From positions 132,681 through 196,680 of the forward strand of contig CAWJSR010000006.1 of assembly GCA_963845515.1 (NCBI GenBank): DNA of 64,000 nucleotides, in the 5' to 3' direction. Below the pieces are notes generated by a model. That model was not told the DNA's origin, did not search any database, and worked only from the letters and a program-made list of their open reading frames with translations. Position 1 is the stretch's first letter, and the number at the start of each line of letters is the position of its first letter. Below, in pieces: positions 41,742 to 53,000 of the stretch. Origin of the DNA: an uncultured delta proteobacterium. Lineage in GTDB: Bacteria > Myxococcota > Myxococcia > Myxococcales > Anaeromyxobacteraceae. A program made the position numbers and the translations under genes.

Positions 41742-43532
41742 TCAGTTGGCCCGAGGTATGGGCGCGCGATCGCCCGGCGCTGGCGCGGCGACCGGCGCCG
41801 TGACGTCCGGTCCGGGGGCCGGGGCGGGAGCGGAGGATCCTGCCGGCGCGGGCGCGGCCGTCGGGGCGCTCGACTGCGAGCTCGGGGGAGCCTCCTTCGC
41901 CCTCGCCAGCTCACGCTCCCTGCGGAGCTCCTCGGTCCGCTCCTTCGAGTAGGCGCGGATCCCGGCGTCGCTGATCTTCACCTTCGCCGCGGCCTTGAGC
42001 GTCGCCACCCACTTGTCGGTCGCAGCCTTCCGCCTCTCCTGGAGGTCGAGCTTCTTCGCCTCGTCGCGGACCTCGTCGAAGGGGAGCTGCCTCGCCGGCT
42101 TCGTGCTCAGCACCTTGATGATGTGGAACCCCTCCTTCGACTTGACGGGGGCGCTCACCTCTCCCTCGGAGAGCGGCGCGATCGAGGCGAACTCCTCGGT
42201 GAGCTTGCGCCGCTCGATGAACCCGACGCGCCCGCCCTCCTTCGCGCTCGCCGCATGGATGGAGTGCGCCGCGGCGAGCTCCGCGAAGGGCTGGCCGGTC
42301 TTCAGCCTGGCCGCCACCTCGGTCGCGGTCTCCTCGGAGGCGACGAGGATCTGCGCCAGCTCGAGCTGGACGTCCACGGCGAACTGGTCGAGGTGGGCGT
42401 CGTAGTAGCGCCGCGCGTCCTCGTCGGATGGCTCGATCCCCTTCACGACGTAGTCGCGGAAGAGCACCCCCTCCACGAGCTCGTCCCTGCGGACCGCGAC
42501 CTTCCCTGTGACCTCCGGCCGCTGGCCGAAGCCCTGCGCGGTGGCCTCGAGGAGCACCAGCTCGCGGTTCACCAGGTCCTCGATCAGGGGCTTGCGCAGG
42601 ACCGGCCAGCGCTCGGAGAGCGCGTCACCCGCCTCGAGCTTGACGCGCTTCGCCACCGCCTCGGCCGTGACCTGGCCGCCTCGCCAGGTGGCGCAGGGGG
42701 TGGAGTCCTTCTTCGCAGCCGCCTCGCGCAGCGCCTCCACCGTCGGCGCGCAGTCGAGGAGGCGGGCGTCGTACTTCTTCCAGAGCCCGCCGTAGAGCTG
42801 CTCCTCGCGCGCGAGCCGGCTCCGCCGCTCCAGGATCCGGCGGATTCTGCGGCGTCACCTTCTCGAAGGGGCGGGCGCGCGACCTTCTTGCGCCCTTCGA
42901 CCCGCACGAACTCCCAGCCGGCGTCGGAGTGGAAGACGGGGCTCAGCTCGCCGTCCTTCAGCCCAAGCACCGCCCGCTCGTAGGCCTCGTCCGCTCCCCA
43001 GGTGATCACGACCATCCCGCCCTGCTTCGTCGACGGCGCGATCGACTTCGCCCTGGCGATCTTCTCGAGGTCGGCGCCGCCCAGGACCGTCGCACGGAGC
43101 GCCTCCGCCTCCGCCTGCGTCCCGACGACGACCTGCCGCGCCTCCACGGAATCCGCCAGCCGCTCGTGGACGCCCCGGACGGCCTCGTCGGTGGCCTTCA
43201 CCTTCTGCTCCACCTCCTCCTCGAAGGAAGAGCTCCACCATCCGCTGCGCGCGGACCCGCTCGACGGCGTCGAGGACCTCGGGGGAGTCCTGGAGGCCGA
43301 TGCGATAGCCCTCCTGGACGAAGAGCCTGCAATCGACGAGCCGCTCCACGTAGCGCCGGACCTCGGCCTCGTCCCCGAGGATCTTGTCGAGGGCGTAGTG
43401 GCTGCGCGCGAACTCGATCCGCAGCTCCTTGCCGGTGATCGTCTCGTCGTTGACCTTCGCCAAGTACCCGGCGGACCCGGCGGCGCAGCCGGCAGAGGCG
43501 ATCAGGGCGAGGGCGGCCATGCGGGAGGTCAT
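41742..43532 (-). CDS. parvulin (PpiC/SurA-like) peptidyl-prolyl isomerase lipoprotein, two PPIase domains, frameshifts ~43,222 and ~42,865
   Basis: lipobox ASAGC; LAKVNDETIT; LEKIARAKS...GELSPVFHSDAGW; FAELAAAHS...GEVSAPVKSKEGFHIIKV. Confidence 0.85.
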
Positions 43533-43579
43533 CGTGGCTCCGGCTTGCAGGGGTGGTGGCTTCGACGCACTGGGAGTAA

Positions 43580-44692
43580 TCACGGCCGCGTGAACGCGTC
43601 CAGCAGTTCGGCGACCACGCGGCGCGCGAGCGACGTGGTCTCCCGGGCCGCGCCGAGCTGGAGCAGCCCCTCGTAGTCCAGGCCGGTGCGGCGGTGGAGT
43701 CCGGACCAGAGGGTCCGCCCCGAGTCGGCGTCGAGCAGGCTCAGGTAGAGCTCCACCTCGGGGGTCTCTCCCCCCGCTGCGGTGGTCTGGCCGAACGTCA
43801 GGATGGTGCCGCGGACGAAGAGCGACGTCCCGAGCTCCTTCGCGAGCACGCGGAGCTGATCCAGCGAGAGCTGCACGGGGGAGCGGAGGCCGGTGGACGC
43901 GACCGCGAGGCGCAGGTCGGCCGTCGGGACGGTCGTCAGGGAGGCCTGGCCGCCCAGCCGGTCCTGGAGGATCGCCTCCACGACCCGGGTGGCGTCCCTG
44001 TCGCTGCCGAAGTTCTGGAGCGGGAGGATGGCGATGGGGACGTGTCGACTGATCGGCTCGCGCCAGCGGAAGGCCATGGGCGCCGGGAGCGTCATCGGGA
44101 GACCGGGCGGCGCGGCGCGCACCGCCTGGAGGTGGAGCGGGGGGACGGCCTCGAGCAGCGCGGCGACGAGCCTGTCGGCGACGCCCCGAACGCTGACGGC
44201 CCTGGAGAGGCCGAGCGCGCCGGCGGTCTCGGCGCCGGTGAGCCCCCGGACGTCGCTCCAGAGCACCGCGCCGGTGGGGGTCAGCAGCCGCGCGGCGATC
44301 GCGACCTCGGGATCCTTCTCGTCGTCGCGCCACGCGAGGACGGTCCCGACGACTGCGGCGTCGGCGCCCACCGCGAAGAGGAGCTCGCCGAGCTGGCCTG
44401 CGGGGAGCGAGTCGAGGTAGCGGACGCGGTGCGCCAGGAGCCAGCCCTCCACCGCCTCCTCCGGGACCACGTCGAACCCCTTCTTCGCGAGCGTGGCCGC
44501 CATCGTCTCCATCACGGTGGCGCGGGCACCGGCGATCCGCGTCACGTTCTCGAAGGGGACGATCGCGACGCGGGCGCGAGGGACGGCAGCGGGGGGCGCG
44601 GCCACCGCTGCGGGCGCGGCGGCGGCCGACCCCGGCGGCTCGCCCGTCGCGGCGGACAGCAGCAAGGCGGCGATGAGGATCGCGGGGGGCAT
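43580..44692 (-). CDS. periplasmic protein with two CsgG/TolB-N-like alpha/beta domains
   Basis: RVAIVPFENVT...GADAAVVGTV...GAVLWS and PIAILPLQN...FVRGTI...SGRTLWS repeats. Confidence 0.65.
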   Translation of the reverse strand: MPPAILIAALLLSAATGEPPGSAAAAPAAVAAPPAAVPRARVAIVPFENVTRIAGARATVMETMAATLAKKGFDVVPEEAVEGWLLAHRVRYLDSLPAGQLGELLFAVGADAAVVGTVLAWRDDEKDPEVAIAARLLTPTGAVLWSDVRGLTGAETAGALGLSRAVSVRGVADRLVAALLEAVPPLHLQAVRAAPPGLPMTLPAPMAFRWREPISRHVPIAILPLQNFGSDRDATRVVEAILQDRLGGQASLTTVPTADLRLAVASTGLRSPVQLSLDQLRVLAKELGTSLFVRGTILTFGQTTAAGGETPEVELYLSLLDADSGRTLWSGLHRRTGLDYEGLLQLGAARETTSLARRVVAELLDAFTRP

Positions 44693-44703
44693 CGCCGGGA
44701 CGC

Positions 44704-45279
44704 TCAGCGGAGCAGCCGCGCGAGCTCCTCGTGGATGATCTGGCTGGCGACGGTGGAGGCGGGCTCGCCGCCGATGCCGAAGAGGCGCGCGGTGACGGTC
44801 GCACCGCCGGCGCCCCGGACCACCGACCAGAGCGTGGCCCCCGACTCGACGTCGACGAGCTTGAGCTGCAGCTTCACGGTGGGGGACTGCGCGGTCCCGG
44901 AGGTGCGCCCCTCGTCGTACTCCAGGATCGAGCCGATGAAGATCGCCTGGGCCTTGAGCCCCTCGCCCAGCTTCTTGATCTCCTCGGGCGTCAGGCTGGC
45001 GGGCTCGAGCTGGTCGCGCCGGAGCGCGCGCGCGACCTGGCCCGGCTCGACGACCTGGAAGGCGTCGAAGCTGAGGAGCTCCGTGTAGAAGATCTTGTGC
45101 ACCCGCTCGGCGCTCAGCCGGTCGCTCGTCACGTTCTCGAAGGGGAGGACGGCGACGGTCGAGATGAGGCCGAGGTCGGCGTTGGTGCGGACGTAGCGCG
45201 CGGGGGCGGTGCAGCCGACGGCCGCGAGGGCGAGGAGGAGCAGGTGGGCTGCGATGCGAGGCACGGCGTCGGTTCCCAT
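44704..45279 (-). CDS. CsgG/GNA1162-like lipoprotein
   Basis: lipobox AAVGC; TVAVLPFENVT...AIFIGSILEY...LVDVESGATLWS. Confidence 0.7.
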   Translation of the reverse strand: MGTDAVPRIAAHLLLLALAAVGCTAPARYVRTNADLGLISTVAVLPFENVTSDRLSAERVHKIFYTELLSFDAFQVVEPGQVARALRRDQLEPASLTPEEIKKLGEGLKAQAIFIGSILEYDEGRTSGTAQSPTVKLQLKLVDVESGATLWSVVRGAGGATVTARLFGIGGEPASTVASQIIHEELARLLR

Positions 45280-45293
45280 GCGGCGGATCGGGT

Positions 45294-47480
45294 TCAGAGT
45301 CGCAGGCTGAACGTCACGAAGAGGTTCTGCTGTTTCACGGGGAGCGCACCGGTCCCCTTCGCCATGTTGTAGCTCAGTTGAAGGGTCGCGTGTGCGTTGA
45401 GGTCCCACCGGGGTGTCGCCGACGCCCGCCGGAACGACTGCCCGCTCAGCGGGTCGATCTCCTCGCTGTAGTCGAAGGCGAGCTGGACCGAGCCTCCCGG
45501 GAACGGCGACCAGGTGGCGCGGTAGCTCTGGACGACCCCTGCGCTCGAGCCCGCGTCCGCGTACCCCACGCGCCCGTGGAGCGTGAGCTGGGGGGACGGG
45601 CGGTACTGGGCGTCCGCGACGTAGAGTTGGTACGTGAGGATCCGCAGGAGCGGGACGCTGGTCTGGGCCGACGTGTCGCCGCGGCGGGACAGGATCCGCT
45701 GGGCGGTCGCGGACAGCCCGAGCTCCAGGTCCCGGAGGACCGGTCCGCGCGCGTGCCCGATCGCGGTCAGGTAGTCCGTCGTGCCACCGGCCACGATCCG
45801 CTGGCGAGTCAGGCCGGCGGAGGCCGAGACGTCCAGCGTCGGCAGGAGCCGCGCCTCGTTTCCGGCGGAGGCGCCGAGGGTCACCGTGCGGACGGGCTCC
45901 ATCGCCGAGGACATGCGGATCTCGTCGAGGGCGAAGCGGGCGTCGAGCCTGGCCTGGTAGCGGTCGATCGGCCGGTACTGGACCGCCCAGTTGGACGCGG
46001 TCGAGTCCTGCGAGTACCCGCCGGGCTGGCGGACCGTGGTCTGCGCCACCTTCGCGTCGTAGAGGAGGCCGGCGTACGGCCCGACGGCGGCGGTCACCGT
46101 GTTGACGGCGTCGGTCGACCAGCGCGCGGCGCCGCCGTACGGCGAGAGCGCGTTGGCGTTGAGCTGGCCCGAGTAGCCGACCTGGGCCTTCGACCAGGGG
46201 CGCGCCGTGGCGGTGAGGTTGAGCCCCTGCCGGACGCTGCTGGACACCCGCGTCTCGTCGGGCCGGAACGTCTCGTGGATGAAGCCCTGCAGCTCGGTCA
46301 CGAGCGTCTCCACGGTGTTCACGCCGAAGTTGACCGCCTTGAAGTACTGGGCCGACGTCGACGCGAAGGTGACGACGTAGGCGGAGAGGGTTGTGTCGAA
46401 GGCCGCCGGGTTGGCGTTCACCGGGATCCAATGGAGCCCGTCGAGGCTGGAATAGACGGACCACGTCACGCCGCCCCCGAAGGGGACGGGCGCGCCGACC
46501 GAGCTCCGGACGTGGATGCGGAGCTCGTCCAGCGCAGTGACGCGGCCCAGGTCCAGCCCGAGGTTGTTGAAGGAGGCTCCGAGCGGCCCCAGCGAGATCC
46601 CGGCGCTCACGTCGAGCGACCGGTCGACCAGGCGAGGCTCGGCCGGCATCAGGGGCGTGTCGTCAGGGAGGTTGTCGACGAGCTGGAGCCCGGACAGCGG
46701 CTCGAGCTCGACGGGGATGCTCACCGGCAGGCTGCCCTGCGCCGTCTGCTCGGTGCGGTAGGCGTCGAGCACATACTGCGTCGAGACCTGTGCGGACTCG
46801 CCGAAGGCGCGCGACCAGGCCGCCGTGACGCGCGGCCCCATGCTCAGTCGCGTGGCGCCGCGGAGGGCGTCCTCGTACCGGAGCACCCGCCCCTCGCTGC
46901 TCACGCGGAGCGAGGGGGAGGTGTAGCGGAACGTCACGCCGAGCCGGTCGTCGACGGTGCTGGTCGTCGCGCTCGAGTAGGCCAGCCGATCCAGGCCGAG
47001 CGTCGCGTCGCCGCGCTCGAACGGCCGCGCCGAGAGCCCGAGCGTGATCCGTTCGATGGTGCGCGAGGAGCTCGCGCCGGCGGTCGCGTCCACCCGGTCC
47101 TCGTCGTTCAGGCGATATGCCGCGGTCAGGCCGAAGGCGTCGGTCCGCCAGTCCAGCCCGGCCGAAGGAGTGAGCGTCCTCAGCCGGAGGTCGTAGTCGC
47201 TCCCTCCGGCGCGGACGGTGCCGGCGTCCTCCTGGTAACGGAGCGAGAGCCGATAGGAGATGGGGTACGAGACCTGGCGGCGGAAGTCGGCGCTGTAGGA
47301 CTGGCGAAGGTATTCGCTCGTGCTGCCGGTCGCGTCGTCCTGCGCCCAGGTGACCTCGCCGCGCCCGTTCAGGTCCGAGGCTCCGGCGGCGGAGACGGCG
47401 AGGGCCGCGAGGACGGAGAGCGCCCACCGCGCCGCCCTTGCCGGCGAGCCCCTCGCCAGGCTCTCGCGATCGACGCACAT
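45294..47480 (-). CDS. large outer-membrane beta-barrel with inserted discoidin-like domain
   Basis: signal peptide; amphipathic strands throughout, ending NLFVTFSLRL; central GLDLG...VYSSLDG...AQYFK insert. Confidence 0.7.
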   Translation of the reverse strand: MCVDRESLARGSPARAARWALSVLAALAVSAAGASDLNGRGEVTWAQDDATGSTSEYLRQSYSADFRRQVSYPISYRLSLRYQEDAGTVRAGGSDYDLRLRTLTPSAGLDWRTDAFGLTAAYRLNDEDRVDATAGASSSRTIERITLGLSARPFERGDATLGLDRLAYSSATTSTVDDRLGVTFRYTSPSLRVSSEGRVLRYEDALRGATRLSMGPRVTAAWSRAFGESAQVSTQYVLDAYRTEQTAQGSLPVSIPVELEPLSGLQLVDNLPDDTPLMPAEPRLVDRSLDVSAGISLGPLGASFNNLGLDLGRVTALDELRIHVRSSVGAPVPFGGGVTWSVYSSLDGLHWIPVNANPAAFDTTLSAYVVTFASTSAQYFKAVNFGVNTVETLVTELQGFIHETFRPDETRVSSSVRQGLNLTATARPWSKAQVGYSGQLNANALSPYGGAARWSTDAVNTVTAAVGPYAGLLYDAKVAQTTVRQPGGYSQDSTASNWAVQYRPIDRYQARLDARFALDEIRMSSAMEPVRTVTLGASAGNEARLLPTLDVSASAGLTRQRIVAGGTTDYLTAIGHARGPVLRDLELGLSATAQRILSRRGDTSAQTSVPLLRILTYQLYVADAQYRPSPQLTLHGRVGYADAGSSAGVVQSYRATWSPFPGGSVQLAFDYSEEIDPLSGQSFRRASATPRWDLNAHATLQLSYNMAKGTGALPVKQQNLFVTFSLRL

Positions 47481-47488
47481 CGCCCGGG

Positions 47489-48862
47489 TCACCTCGGGTA
47501 CGGGGCCCTGTACGTCCGGCTCGGAGGGTTCCGGACGTGGCAGGTGGCCGTGCAGGTGCCGCCGACGGCATCCTGGAGGTAGGCGGAGAGCCCCTGCGTG
47601 CGGAGGGCGAGGAGGGCAGGGAGCGTCGCGCTGCCGTGGGACTCGTGGCACGCGAAGCAGGAGTAGCCCTTCGCGACGTGACCCGCGTGGCCGCTGAAGC
47701 GGCTGAAGGCCGCGTCGGCGCCGCCCGTCGAATCGCCGTAGGTGCGGAACGAGTGGCACCCGAAGCAGAGGTCGGACTCGTAGGGCTGCGGATCCTCCAC
47801 GGCGGCCGCGTAACGCCGCGCGAGGATGTGCTGGAAGGACGAGCCGTGCGGACCGCGCGCCACGCCGTCGTCCGAGGAGTGGCAGTCCGAGCATGTGACG
47901 AGTCGCTCCGGTCCCCACCCCGGCACGAAGGACCGGCGATCGATCGTCCGGCTCCGGCCGCGCGACTCGACCGGATGGTAGGAGGCGTTGGCCGGGTTGA
48001 GGGCGACCGCGACGTCTACGCGGGCGGTCGCACGGTCGGTCCCCGAGGCGTGGCACTTGAAGCAGACCTCGAACTCGCGGACGGTGCTCGGATCGCCCGA
48101 CTTGAGCAGCGAGCGGAGCGGAGGCGTGCCGGGGGGGCCGTTGGAGATCCGCGCGCGCGACGTGCCGAGGAGCGCGCTGGCTCCTTCCGACGACGCGGGC
48201 GTCGAGCCGCGGGAGGCCGCGGCGTGCGGGTTGTGGCAGGCTCCGCAGGTGGCGCCGTCCGCGGGAGGGGCGAGCGTGCTCGCCGGCCCCCAGGCACCGA
48301 GCGACGTGACGGCGCCGGGATCCGGCAGGAGCGGGTGCCGGTACACCTTGGCGAACGCCGACGCGACGTCGGCGGCGGGGCCCCCGTCGTGGCACGCGAC
48401 GCAGAGCGACGTCCCGCGCACTCGCAGGAGGGCCGGGACGAGCCCCGATCGATCGATCACGCCGTGGGGGTCGTGGCAGTTGACGCACTTCCCCTCGTCC
48501 GCGGCGGCGCGCCCGCGCGGCTCCGGCCCCGGCCAGACCACCCCGGGAGAGCTCCCGTGCGCAGACGCCAGGTAGCGACGCTCCCCCTGCCAGCTCGACG
48601 CGGGAGGCTCGTGGCAGCGGACGCAGAGCGCGTTGTCGTTGCGGGCGAAGAGCTGGGCATGGCCGCTCCCCTCGTCCGCCTTCCGTCCGAGCGCGTCGCG
48701 CGGCGCGCCGTGGCAGTGGCCGCACTCCCCGCGGGCGAGGCCGGGGACCCGCACCACGCCGGTCTCGCGCCTGCCGTGGGCCGAGCGGGCGTACGCCCCT
48801 CCCCTGGCGGCAGCTGGCGCCGGAGCCGCCGCGAACGCCGCGGCGACGAGCAGCGCCCTCAC
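47489..48862 (-). CDS. multiheme cytochrome c (9 CXXCH + 1 CX3CH)
   Basis: signal peptide; motifs counted in the translation; GTGA overlap with upstream gene. Confidence 0.88.
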   Translation of the reverse strand: MRALLVAAAFAAAPAPAAARGGAYARSAHGRRETGVVRVPGLARGECGHCHGAPRDALGRKADEGSGHAQLFARNDNALCVRCHEPPASSWQGERRYLASAHGSSPGVVWPGPEPRGRAAADEGKCVNCHDPHGVIDRSGLVPALLRVRGTSLCVACHDGGPAADVASAFAKVYRHPLLPDPGAVTSLGAWGPASTLAPPADGATCGACHNPHAAASRGSTPASSEGASALLGTSRARISNGPPGTPPLRSLLKSGDPSTVREFEVCFKCHASGTDRATARVDVAVALNPANASYHPVESRGRSRTIDRRSFVPGWGPERLVTCSDCHSSDDGVARGPHGSSFQHILARRYAAAVEDPQPYESDLCFGCHSFRTYGDSTGGADAAFSRFSGHAGHVAKGYSCFACHESHGSATLPALLALRTQGLSAYLQDAVGGTCTATCHVRNPPSRTYRAPYPR

Positions 48863-49746
48863 ATGTTGTGACACTGCTGGCATGTGGAGCTCATGGTGGC
48901 GCCGTCGGTGAAGACGAGGGCGCCGGCGTTGGGCGAGCCGTGCGCCTTGTGGCAGGAGAGACAGAAGACCCGGTCGCCAACCTCCGGTGACGCCGCGCCG
49001 CCCGGGTTCTCCACCGCCGTCCGGTTGGGGAAGGTGGCGGACCAGGCCGCCCAGTCGGCGCCGGGCGCACCGAAGATGGCCAGGTCCCAGGGGTGGGCGG
49101 GGGCCTCGGCGGAGACGGAGTGCGCCGCGGCGATCCCGACGTGGCAGTCGATGCACCAGGCCGACATCCCGCTGACGTAGCGGACGTTGGACCGGAGATA
49201 GACCGCCCCCGGGTTGCCGCCGTCTGCGACCACGAGCTGGTTGACGATGGGGGCTGGGGTCGTCCGCGCCGTCCCGGAGGGGCCGGGCCTCAGGTTGCGG
49301 AAGGCCACGCTGCCATGCGGATCGTGGCAGGTGACGCAGCTCATGACCACCGCGGTGTCGCCGTAGGGCGGCAGGACCGGCAGCGGCCCCAGCGAGTGGG
49401 CGCGGTGCGCGGGATCCGACAGGTCGGCCGGGAAGCCGCCGCCCGGAGGATCGCCGTTCGTGGGGGACGTCACGCCCGGCGCACGGGCCGTGGGCATTCC
49501 GCTCCGGTGGCACGCGAGGCAGACCGCAGTGGGGCTCTCGGCCCGAAGCAGCAGGCCGGCCGGCACATCCTGCGAGTCGTAGCGCATGGGGAAGCCGCCA
49601 CGGCTGTTGTGCATGGTGTGGCAGTCGCTGCAGACGAGGTGCTGGTCGCGGTGCCAGTCGCCGGCCCGGACCGGTGACGGGAGCTGCAGGAGGGCCAGGA
49701 GCAGCGCCCCTGCGTGCCAGGACTGGGTGCGAGGGCGGTGGCGCAT
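48859..49746 (-). CDS. compact OmcS-like hexaheme cytochrome
   Basis: WH-x6-CSDCHTMH, CLACH, CVTCHDPHG..FRNL, MSAWCIDCH, CLSCHKAHG, CQQCH. Confidence 0.85.
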   Translation of the reverse strand: MRHRPRTQSWHAGALLLALLQLPSPVRAGDWHRDQHLVCSDCHTMHNSRGGFPMRYDSQDVPAGLLLRAESPTAVCLACHRSGMPTARAPGVTSPTNGDPPGGGFPADLSDPAHRAHSLGPLPVLPPYGDTAVVMSCVTCHDPHGSVAFRNLRPGPSGTARTTPAPIVNQLVVADGGNPGAVYLRSNVRYVSGMSAWCIDCHVGIAAAHSVSAEAPAHPWDLAIFGAPGADWAAWSATFPNRTAVENPGGAASPEVGDRVFCLSCHKAHGSPNAGALVFTDGATMSSTCQQCHNM

Positions 49747-50009
49747 CAGGCACACGCGGCGTCGACTGGCGGCGCGCGATCCTCCCCTGGTGGATCGACC
49801 TTCCTTCACGCGACGTGGACGGGAGAGGGTAGCACGGGTGGCGGCGGCGGCCTCGCTCCGGGCGTGCGGCAGAACGCACCACCTGCCTCGCGTCGGCGCT
49901 TCTCGTTCCGGGAGTCGTCGAGCGGCGAGGCTATAATGCGCTCTCCGTAACAGGGGGCCGCTCGCGGCGACGCGCGGACGGTCGTGCCTTCTGAGGGGAG
50001 CGGGAGCGC

Positions 50010-53000
50010 ATGAGGAGCGACGACGAGCGGGGATCACTCTTGCGGGTGCGCTGGCTCGCGGCCACCCTCGTGGTGGCAGTTGCGGTCCTGGGTGCCGTCG
50101 GCTGCGCCCCGACGAACCGCCGCGGCATCGGGCGGAGCTGCCGGGACTGCCACCAGAAGGTCCGGGACCAGCTCGACCGCAAGCACGTCCACGCACCGTT
50201 CGCGCAAGAGGCGGGGTGCGAGGAGTGCCACAAGCGCCACGGCATCGTCGGCGCGCTCGTCCTCAAGGACACGGAGCAGAAGGTCTGCCTCGCCTGCCAC
50301 GCCGACGTCGCGAAGCGGCTCGAGCAGCCGGTCGTCCACGCGGGGCTGAAGGACGGCAAGTGCACGAAGTGCCACGAGCCGCACGCCTCGGAGTTCGAGA
50401 ACCTCCTCAAGCAGGCCGGGACGGCCGCGTGCTTCGCGTGCCACGCGCGGGCGCCCTTCGAGCAGAAGGTCGTCCACGGGCCGGTGGCGAAGGGCTGCAG
50501 GGGCTGCCACGAGCCGCACGCCAGCGCCGAGCGGCACCTCCTCACCGCGCCGAGGCAGCCGCTGTGCGCGGGCTGCCACGGCGACGCGCCCGCGCTGGCG
50601 AAGGCGCACTCCGGCTACCCCGTCGCAGGGACCGACTGCGGTGGCTGCCACGGCCCGCACTCCTGGGAGGCGAAGGACGGGCTGCGCAGGAGCGACCACC
50701 CGGTGGCCGCCGACTGCTCCGGGTGCCACGCGCCGCCCACGTCGCAGCGCCCCTTCGCGACGGCGAAGAAGGTCCCCGAGCTCTGCTTCGAGTGCCACCC
50801 GGACGCGAAGGAGGCGCTCGCCCGCCCCGTGAAGCACGAGGTGGCGGGCGACTGCGCGACCTGCCACTCGCCCCACGCCACCGAGGTCGCGCCGCTCCTG
50901 AAGGAGGGGCAGCGCTCCCTCTGCGGCGGCTGCCACGACCTCGAGAAGAAGCTGACCGCGAAGTCGAGCCACGCCCCCGCGGCGGAGGGGAAGTGCAGCG
51001 CGTGCCACCAGCCGCACGGCAGCGCCAACGCGAAGCTGGTCGCGGAGAGCGCCGACGCGCTCTGCTTCCGCTGCCACGCGAAGCAGCGCGACGCGTGGGC
51101 CGCAGCCAGGGTGACGCACGTCCCGGTGAAGGAGGGGATGTGCTCCTCGTGCCATGACCCCCACGGCTCGGCCCAGCCGAAGCTCCTCGTGAAGCCCGAG
51201 CGGGAGGCCTGCCTCGCCTGCCACGACGCGAAGCTCTTCGACGGCGTGCACGTCCACGCGCCCGTGCTGGAGGGGCGGTGCACCGGCTGCCACGATCCGC
51301 ACGCGAGCGGGTCGGCGAAGCTCCTGCGGAAGGTCGGCGGCGAGCTCTGCGCGACCTGTCACGCCCAGGTCACCCGCGCGGCGCCCGGGCGGAAGCTGCA
51401 CGGGCCGACCGCGCGAGGTGCGTGCGCGACCTGCCACCGCCCGCACGCGTCGGAGGAGCCCTCGCTGCTCGCGAAGGATCAGTCCACGCTCTGCGGCTCC
51501 TGCCACGCCGGCATCGCCGAGCAGCAGAAGAAGCCCAAGGCGCACCAGCCGTTCCGCGGCGGCTCCTGCACCTCCTGCCACGACCCGCACGGGAGCAAGA
51601 ACAAGCGGTTCGTGAAGAACGACGTGAAGCTCCTCTGCCTCGACTGCCACGAGAAGCTGCGGGATCGGCTCGAGGGGAAGGGGGCGTCCGTGCACCAGCC
51701 GGTCGCGTCGGGTGAGTGCCTCACCTGCCACTCGGGCCACGGATCGGACAACGCCGCCCTCCTCTCGATGGCCCCCGGCACGCTCTGCCTCGGCTGCCAC
51801 GACGTGAAGGCGGAGCCGATCGCCGCGAAGCACCGCGGCCTCCTGCCGCGCGGCGCGGCCTGCACAGGCTGCCACGACCCCCACGTGTCGACGCGGAAGG
51901 GGCTCGTCCGCGCGGTCGGCCACCCGCCGTTCATCAACGAGGACTGCGGCGCCTGTCACCAGGCGGCCGGAAAGGGGATCTCGGCGACGCTCGTCGCGAA
52001 GGGGCGGAAGCTGTGCGACACCTGCCACTCCGACGGCGAGAAGAAGTTCGACGCGAAGTACCAGCACACGCCGGTCAAGGAGGGCGACTGCGCCTCGTGC
52101 CACGATCCGCACGCGGGCGCCAACGAGAAGCTGCTCGTGAAGCCCGCGGCGTTGCTCTGCGCCGCGTGCCATGACGTCGTCGGCAAGAAGAAGTCGGTCC
52201 ACACGCCGGTGCGGGAGGGGGCGTGCGTCAAGTGCCACTCGCCGCACTCCTCCCCGGAGAAGAACGGCCTCTCGAGGTCCGGGAACGCCCTCTGCCTCTC
52301 GTGCCACGAGGACGTGAAGAAGCGGCTCCAGGCCAAGGTGGTCCACGCGGCCGTGTCGGGCGGCGACTGCACCGACTGCCACTCCCCGCACGCTTCCGAC
52401 CACGTGCCGCAGCTCGTCGACGCGCCCCGCGCGCTCTGCGAGCGGTGCCACGCGCTGGCCGGCGCCGCGTTGCGCAAGGCCCACCTCGGCTTCCCGCTCG
52501 CCAAGGCCGACTGCGTCTCCTGCCATGACCCCCACGGCTCCCCGGAGAAGGGGATGATCCGTGCGGCACCTCACAAGGTCTTCCGCAGCTGCGAGAAGTG
52601 CCACAAGACCGGCGGGGCGAGCCCCGGCGAGCTGGCGGCGAAGGGGACCCAGCTCTGCTTCCGGTGCCACTCGGAGAAGCGCGCAGCGCTGCAGAAGCCG
52701 GGCGCTCACGAGGGGGCGAAGGGGGACTGCCTCACCTGCCACACCCCGCACGCGTCGAACGAGCGCGGCCTCTCCGCCGGGCCGGAGCGCTCCGTCTGCC
52801 TCCAGTGCCACGACACGATCCAGCACCTCCTCGCCACGTCGAGGACCGTCCACCCCACCAAGGTCCAGAAGGGGAAGTGCACCATCTGCCACGAGCCGCA
52901 CCAGACGGCGATCCCGCACCTGCTCGCGAAGCCGGCGCTGGAGCTCTGCCGCACCTGCCACGGCGCCCACGCCCAGTTCGGCCACCCGGTCGGGTCCAAC

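Noticed and set aside
49932..49937. TATAAT as promoter of the 42-heme operon
   Set aside because: No recognisable -35 element at the right spacing; a single hexamer is not enough to call.
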